Source of the DNA: Acidovorax sp.
GTDB taxonomy: Bacteria > Pseudomonadota > Gammaproteobacteria > Burkholderiales > Burkholderiaceae_C
Length of the DNA: 64,000 nt
Assembly (NCBI GenBank): GCA_047601665.1
Contig: JASGIT010000001.1
Span: 96,638 to 160,637, forward strand
Direction: 5' to 3'
A program made the translations under genes and the position numbers. Below are positions 60,748 to 64,000 of this stretch, one piece after another. How positions within the stretch are numbered: the stretch's first letter is position 1; each line of letters opens with the position of its first letter. Under the pieces are notes generated by a model. That model searched no databases and was not told the DNA's origin. It saw only the letters and a list, made by a program, of their open reading frames with translations.

Positions 60748-62397
60748 ATGCTCGACCTGCGCGACCTCAAGGCCCATGACCTGCAAGGTCTGTCGCCCGA
60801 TGACATCGCGGCGCTTGCCCGGCAGATGCTCCAATGCATTGAGCAGCAGGCTGGCGAGTTGCAGCAGAAGGATCAAGAGATCAAGCGCAAGGACCGCGAG
60901 ATCGTGCTGCGTGAGGCCAAGCTGGAGAAGGTGCAGTTCGAGCTGGCACGCCTGAAGCGCTGGAAGTTCGGCGCCAAGACCGAGGCCATGAGCGCCGACC
61001 AGCGGCGCCTGTTCGAGGAGACCCTGGCCGAGGACGAGGCCGGCCTGCAGGCCCAACTCGATGCACTGCGCGCGCAGGCCGCGCGAGCCGGCCAGGGCAC
61101 ACCCCCGAAGCCCCCTCCGCGCCGGCCGCGGCGCCAAGCGCTGCCCGAGCACCTGCGTCGCGTCGAGCACCGTCACGAGCCTGCAGACACCACCTGCCAG
61201 AGCGAGGGCTGCGGCCGCCCTATGGTGCGCATCGGCGAAGACGTCAGCGAGCGGCTGGACGTAGTACCAGCCGAGTTCTTCGTGCACCGCCACATCTACG
61301 GCAAGTGGGCCTGCCGCTGCTGCCAAGTGTTGAAGCAGCAGCCCACCGTCCCCGAGATCATTGACGCGGGCCTGCCCGCCAGCGGGCTGCTGGCCCATAC
61401 GCTCATCAGCCGCTTCGCCGACCACCTGCCGTACTACCGGCAAGAGGCGATCAACGCGAGGGCTGGCTTGCATACTCCACGCTCCACGCTCGCCAGTTGG
61501 GCCGGCCAGGCCGGCGCGGCCCTGGAGCCGCTGTACGAAGCGCAAAAGCGCTTCGTGCTCGCCAGCCGGGTGCTGCACGCCGACGAGACGCCGGTAGCGC
61601 TCCTGGATCCCGGCGCCGGCAAGACTCGCAAAGCCTATGTGTGGGCCTATGCCCGCAGCCACCATGATCCGACACCGGGCGTGGTCTACGAGTTTGTCCG
61701 CGGACGCGCAGCGCAGTACCCACGCGCCTTCCTGGCAGGGGACGAGCGCGCTGGGCTGCCCGCTTGGCAGGGCACGTTGCTGACCGACCGCTACGGCGCC
61801 TACGACCCGGTGCTCGACGAGCGGCTGTACCCAGGCCGCAAGGCAGCCGCATGTGTGGCACACGCCAGGCGAAAGTTCGACGAGCTCGCCAAGGCCGGCA
61901 CCAGCGCCGTGGGCGAGGAGGCGATACAGCGCTTCGCAGGCATCTACGCGGTCGAACGTGAACTCATCGGCCTGAGCGATGAGGGGCGGCGCAGCGGGCG
62001 GCAGGCACTGGCCCGGCCACTATGGGAGCAGCTCGGCGCCTGGCTGCAACTGGAGCGCCGGCGCGTGGCCGACGGGGGCTCGACGGCTGCGGCCATCGAC
62101 TACACGCTCAAGCACTGGGCGGCACTCACGCATCACCTCGATGACGGCGCGGTGCCGATCGACAACAACCACCTGGAGCGCCAGATCAAGCCCTGGGCGA
62201 TGGGGCGCAAAGCCTGGATGTTCGTGGGTAGCGAACTGGCCGGGCAACGCGCGGCGGTGGTAATGAGCTTGGTGCAGTCCGCCCGCATGTGTGGCCGCGA
62301 GCCCTGGGCCTACCTGCGTGATGTTCTGCAGCGGCTGCCGACTCAGCTCAACAGCCGCATTGAAGATCTGCTGCCGCATCGCTGGCAACCCGCCTGA
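60748..62397 (+). CDS. tnpC: IS66-family transposase TnpC
   Basis: Starts MLDLRDLKAHDL. Leucine-zipper/coiled-coil N-terminus, Zn-finger C-x5-C...C-x2-C (CQSEGCG...CRCC), DDE region HADETP...DRYGAYD...NHLERQIKP. Confidence 0.9.
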   Translation: MLDLRDLKAHDLQGLSPDDIAALARQMLQCIEQQAGELQQKDQEIKRKDREIVLREAKLEKVQFELARLKRWKFGAKTEAMSADQRRLFEETLAEDEAGLQAQLDALRAQAARAGQGTPPKPPPRRPRRQALPEHLRRVEHRHEPADTTCQSEGCGRPMVRIGEDVSERLDVVPAEFFVHRHIYGKWACRCCQVLKQQPTVPEIIDAGLPASGLLAHTLISRFADHLPYYRQEAINARAGLHTPRSTLASWAGQAGAALEPLYEAQKRFVLASRVLHADETPVALLDPGAGKTRKAYVWAYARSHHDPTPGVVYEFVRGRAAQYPRAFLAGDERAGLPAWQGTLLTDRYGAYDPVLDERLYPGRKAAACVAHARRKFDELAKAGTSAVGEEAIQRFAGIYAVERELIGLSDEGRRSGRQALARPLWEQLGAWLQLERRRVADGGSTAAAIDYTLKHWAALTHHLDDGAVPIDNNHLERQIKPWAMGRKAWMFVGSELAGQRAAVVMSLVQSARMCGREPWAYLRDVLQRLPTQLNSRIEDLLPHRWQPA

Positions 62398-62440
62398 CAC
62401 GCGAGCCGCCCGCCACAAGGTGGACCGGCTGGACGCTCAC

Positions 62441-62448
62441 GGTTAGTC
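62441..62448. repeat. right copy of the 8-bp target site duplication GGTTAGTC of IS66
   Basis: Identical octamer directly abuts both IS66 ends. Confidence 0.85.
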
Positions 62449-62627
62449 CATGCGTCAGAAAACCTGCATTGTGTAGTGAAAACGCAACGTAGCGAATGCG
62501 TCGACGATGGGGCTGAGAGTTTGCATTTGACCAAAAGCTTCAACGCGCAGGCCGCCGTTCGAGGCCGGCTGCAGCCGCTAAGGATTCGACGAGGTCGAAC
62601 AATCGAGGGAAGCTTGCACGTCGATCT

Positions 62628-63659
62628 CTAGCTGACCTTGAGCAGACGGTACATGAAGATGCAGTCCCAATAGCAAGAGTGCAGCCATGCGTTGTCCGCG
62701 TCTTCTCGCTCCCATTGCCATTGATGCAAGGGCGGCTCCGGAAGCCGGTCGCTCGCTGGACATCGAGCGAGAATCAGGTCTCGAACGGCTTGGGTCGGGC
62801 CTTCGGCCAGCCACTTGAAGAATGCGTTGTTCGGCTCCCTCGTCGCCAGCGTGTTGGCCGCAATATCCAATGCAATTTCCTTTGTTCCCTGGAGTCTCTC
62901 AAGAAGGATACCGACTGCCACCAGGTGCTGTGAGAAGCCCGGCCTATTCACTAGCGCGGCAGCTTCCAGCAACGATGGCATCTTTCCTGAGAACGTACCG
63001 AGATTCCCGCGTAGTGACCCATTGGGCAACTCCGACAGGCCGGCATTTTTCTGCAGCCAGCTCACCGTAGATGACAAGGCAGCCGAGTCCCCCGGGCGCA
63101 ATGTGCACTCGAAGTTCTCCTTTTCGCCTTCTTTCGGCAGGTCCGTGCAAAACCGAGGAATTGGCGCCTGCACAATGCATGTTCCGCCGATCACCACCCA
63201 ACATGGAACATGGTTGTGCAACCACATCAGCCACTTCCACCCCGAGTCGACATCTTTCGTGGTGACTAGATAGAGCTGAACTCCAAGTGCCATGTCAGGT
63301 GAAAAGCTGGCGCCACCGCGATCGTTGCCATTGACACGTATCCGAGGCGATCGGTGCCATTGACCAGAGTCCCTGTCGAGAGCCTCCTTCACACCCAAAC
63401 ACCCCAGTGCCTCGCCTGAAGCGCAAAGCAAGCCGTTGAAAAGTGTCATATCTCCGTCGTCACACGGTTGCTTTGCTTCGCCTGTCGGGCGACTTGGAAA
63501 CTTCACACCATCCTTCCATGCCTCACAGAGGAACGCAGTAGGTCTCCACAGGTGTTCGTACCGACTCTCCAGTTCATCCGCAGAGACAGTCGTGAGAACG
63601 CAAAAGCCAATTAGCAAGCCAACGCTGAGCCGCCACAGCAACGTGTTCTTGCCAATCAT
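62628..63659 (-). CDS. secreted Cys/Trp-rich hypothetical protein (343 aa)
   Basis: GGAGGAA lies upstream of ATG 63659. Signal peptide MIGKNTLLWRLSVGLLIGFCVLTTVSA. Many Cys and Trp residues. No family recognised. Confidence 0.6.
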   Translation of the reverse strand: MIGKNTLLWRLSVGLLIGFCVLTTVSADELESRYEHLWRPTAFLCEAWKDGVKFPSRPTGEAKQPCDDGDMTLFNGLLCASGEALGCLGVKEALDRDSGQWHRSPRIRVNGNDRGGASFSPDMALGVQLYLVTTKDVDSGWKWLMWLHNHVPCWVVIGGTCIVQAPIPRFCTDLPKEGEKENFECTLRPGDSAALSSTVSWLQKNAGLSELPNGSLRGNLGTFSGKMPSLLEAAALVNRPGFSQHLVAVGILLERLQGTKEIALDIAANTLATREPNNAFFKWLAEGPTQAVRDLILARCPASDRLPEPPLHQWQWEREDADNAWLHSCYWDCIFMYRLLKVS

Positions 63660-63743
63660 GCATTCCTCCACAGGGCAGTCAGCGAACCGCGAATCGGTTG
63701 GGGTGCCAAAAAATGCCAGGGGCCTAGGCCCCATCACTCAGTG

Positions 63744-64000
63744 TCACTGGAACCCGAATAGAGCGAACTGGTCGTCACTCAATTGGGAAACAAAGGGTTG
63801 TCCCGCTCGTCCTTGTTCACCCTTGCCCCCGATCGGTCCACTCAAGCCCGAGCCGCCGGCACCACCGTTGCGTCCGGCACTGTTGCAGAAGTTGGCAAGC
63901 TGTCCCTCGGAGCCGCCGGTACCACCTTGACCTCCACCACCGCCTGGCCCGCCAGGACCGCCGTCGCCAGCAGCCATATTCACTCGAACTGCTTGGAAGA
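63744..64000 (-). CDS. glycine-rich protein, C-terminal part (frame stays open to the window edge)
   Basis: Reads ..AAGDGGPGGPGGGGGQGGTGGSEGQ...NGGAGGSGLSGPIGGKGEQGRAGQPFVSQLSDDQFALFGFQ. No in-frame stop between 63983 and 64000. Lies 84 nt upstream of the secreted-protein gene, same strand. Confidence 0.45.
   Translation of the reverse strand, partial: FQAVRVNMAAGDGGPGGPGGGGGQGGTGGSEGQLANFCNSAGRNGGAGGSGLSGPIGGKGEQGRAGQPFVSQLSDDQFALFGFQ

Larger units (their letters stand above)
59863..62440 (+). mobile_element. IS66-family insertion sequence, intact (2578 bp)
   Basis: Terminal inverted repeats GTGAGCGTCCAG... (59863 onward) and ...CTGGACGCTCAC (ending 62440), extending imperfectly to about 25 bp. 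Carries tnpA-tnpB-tnpC. Flanked by 8-bp direct repeats. Confidence 0.9.

Overview
High-GC chromosome segment. The smc-zipA-ligA order suggests a beta-proteobacterium, Burkholderiales-like; this is an inference from gene order and protein style only. Nt 1-26.5 kb is housekeeping backbone: an MFS exporter tail, a TonB-dependent receptor, smc-zipA-GNAT-ligA, a 7TMR-DISM two-component pair, a ParE/Phd TA pair, DMT, TetR, TauD, a CHASE-PAS-GGDEF-EAL protein, prfB with its +1 frameshift site, a methyltransferase, pepN and fbp. tRNA-Thr(CGU) lies at 26446-26521, followed by a short low-GC scar and a complete kdpABCDE locus (26986-34736). From about 34.75 kb to the window end the sequence changes. Third-position GC drops visibly, the very long antisense ORFs typical of the backbone disappear from the ORF track, and eight IS copies or remnants (IS1182, IS30, IS66 x2, IS3 x2, IS5 x2) split the region into small cargo cassettes. 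The cargo worth follow-up: (1) an Fe(II)/2OG amino-acid-hydroxylase-like gene coupled to a free-standing YbaK-type trans-editing domain, divergent from a ~1150-aa orphan protein with a degenerate P-loop-like core, next to an orphan mobile mystery protein A; (2) a tight three-gene operon of a 1322-aa GMC-oxidoreductase/alpha-beta-hydrolase fusion with a Cys in the nucleophile elbow, an unknown 207-aa protein and a signal-less PhoD-like phosphatase, flanked by dedicated regulators; (3) a lipoprotein translationally coupled to a papain-fold cysteine peptidase; (4) a Gly-rich protein plus a Cys-rich secreted protein at the window edge. No CRISPR array or rRNA was seen. All family assignments come from motif recognition by eye and need profile searches.
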